Assembly (NCBI RefSeq): GCF_006345805.1
Contig: NC_043002.1
Coordinates: forward strand, 53,134,001 to 53,198,000
Length of the DNA stretch: 64,000 nt
Direction: 5' to 3'
Source of the DNA: Octopus sinensis
Lineage: Eukaryota
Shown here: piece by piece, positions 63,086 to 64,000 of the stretch
Layout of the letters: each line of letters opens with the position of its first letter
Position numbering within the stretch: position 1 is the stretch's first letter
The notes under the pieces: generated by a model
Seen by the model: the letters and a program-made list of their open reading frames with translations, nothing else
Database searches by the model: none
What the model was told of the DNA's origin: nothing
Made by a program: the position numbers and the translations under genes

Positions 63086-63429
63086 ACGCTATAAACCTGA
63101 TAATGATGCGATGGAATCTCCTGTCGAAGACGAAGTATGAGTGTTCAGTTTTTGCCGAACGTTCTGCCCAAATGATTTGTTTATAGTGATCAAATGTATG
63201 TGTCGTACATTTGCTCTCTCACTACATCAAATCGACATTGCCTGTATAGGTGCACAAGTGTGACACACGTCAGATGTCGAAATGGTCGCAAAACAACGCG
63301 TAATGAAGTGTTTTGCTGAAGAATACAACGTGCCGCTCGGTCCAGAAATCGAACCTGTGATCTAGCGGCCTTCACAAACTTGATAATAACATCACAATAA
63401 ATTAATTAACGTCGGGCTCACAAACATGA

Positions 63430-63725
63430 GGTACTGAGTTCGATTCCCGGACCGGGCTGTGTGTTGAGCGAGACACTTTATTTTTTGAGCAAGACACTAT
63501 TTCCCGTTGCTGCCAGCTCACTCAGCTGTAGAAATGAGTTGTATTATCATTGGTGCCAAGCAGTATCAGCCTTTTCTTTCCCTTGGATAACATCGGTGGT
63601 GTGGAGAGGGGAGGGCAGTCATGGTCTTCCATCAGACTGGTGGTCTTCCATAAGCAACCTTGCCCGGACTTGTGCCTCGGAGGGGAAATTTCTCGGTGCA
63701 CTCCCAAGATCATTTATGACTGAAA
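63430..63725 (+). mobile_element. SINE with C-type core and a third tail type
   Basis: GAGTTCGATTCCC, GAGCAAGACACT, CACTCAGCTGTAGAAATGAG, then an unrelated 3' region. Confidence 0.6.
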
Positions 63726-64000
63726 TGTATCTTTACGATGGTAGTATTAATAATGGTTTCAAATTTTGGCATAAGACCAGTAATTATAGGGAGTGGCATC
63801 AGTTACATAATTACATATTGTATGATTTAAGTTTGTATGTTTTCGAACTAAGGATTGAAGCTTCATATACATTCGGGAGCACTAATAAATTTCGTTGATT
63901 AGTTATCATTAGTCGAGTTCATATAACCTCTCACAAGAGGTAAATCGATTCTATAAATGTTTCCCCAGCGCAGCATAGAATCACCGTTTATCAATATCAC

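Overview
This is AT-rich, microsatellite- and SINE-dense animal genomic DNA, almost certainly octopus (coleoid cephalopod). The assignment rests on recalled similarity to squid NCX and octopus SINEs, not on a database search. The only convincing protein-coding feature is one giant minus-strand exon (41502->39764, 579 codons + 2 nt) encoding the N-terminal two-thirds of a Na+/Ca2+ exchanger (NCX/SLC8). It covers the signal peptide, TM1-5 with the alpha-1 repeat, XIP, CBD1 and the start of CBD2, and ends at a phase-2 GTAAGT donor. I could not find the next exon by eye, so positions 1-39763 appear to be one >39.7 kb intron. The rest is tRNA-derived SINEs of several families, MITEs (piggyBac-, hAT-like and others), decayed mariner, pogo and gypsy elements, two near-identical ~0.8 kb tandem duplications and a 73-bp fold-back hairpin. 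The least obvious signal is a set of type I hammerhead-ribozyme folds in Penelope-like element (PLE) repeats. These include a palindrome carrying one hammerhead on each strand (53357-53621), several core variants, and a cluster at 48.7-58.8 kb upstream of NCX. All folds, alignments and coordinates were derived by eye; repeat boundaries are approximate.
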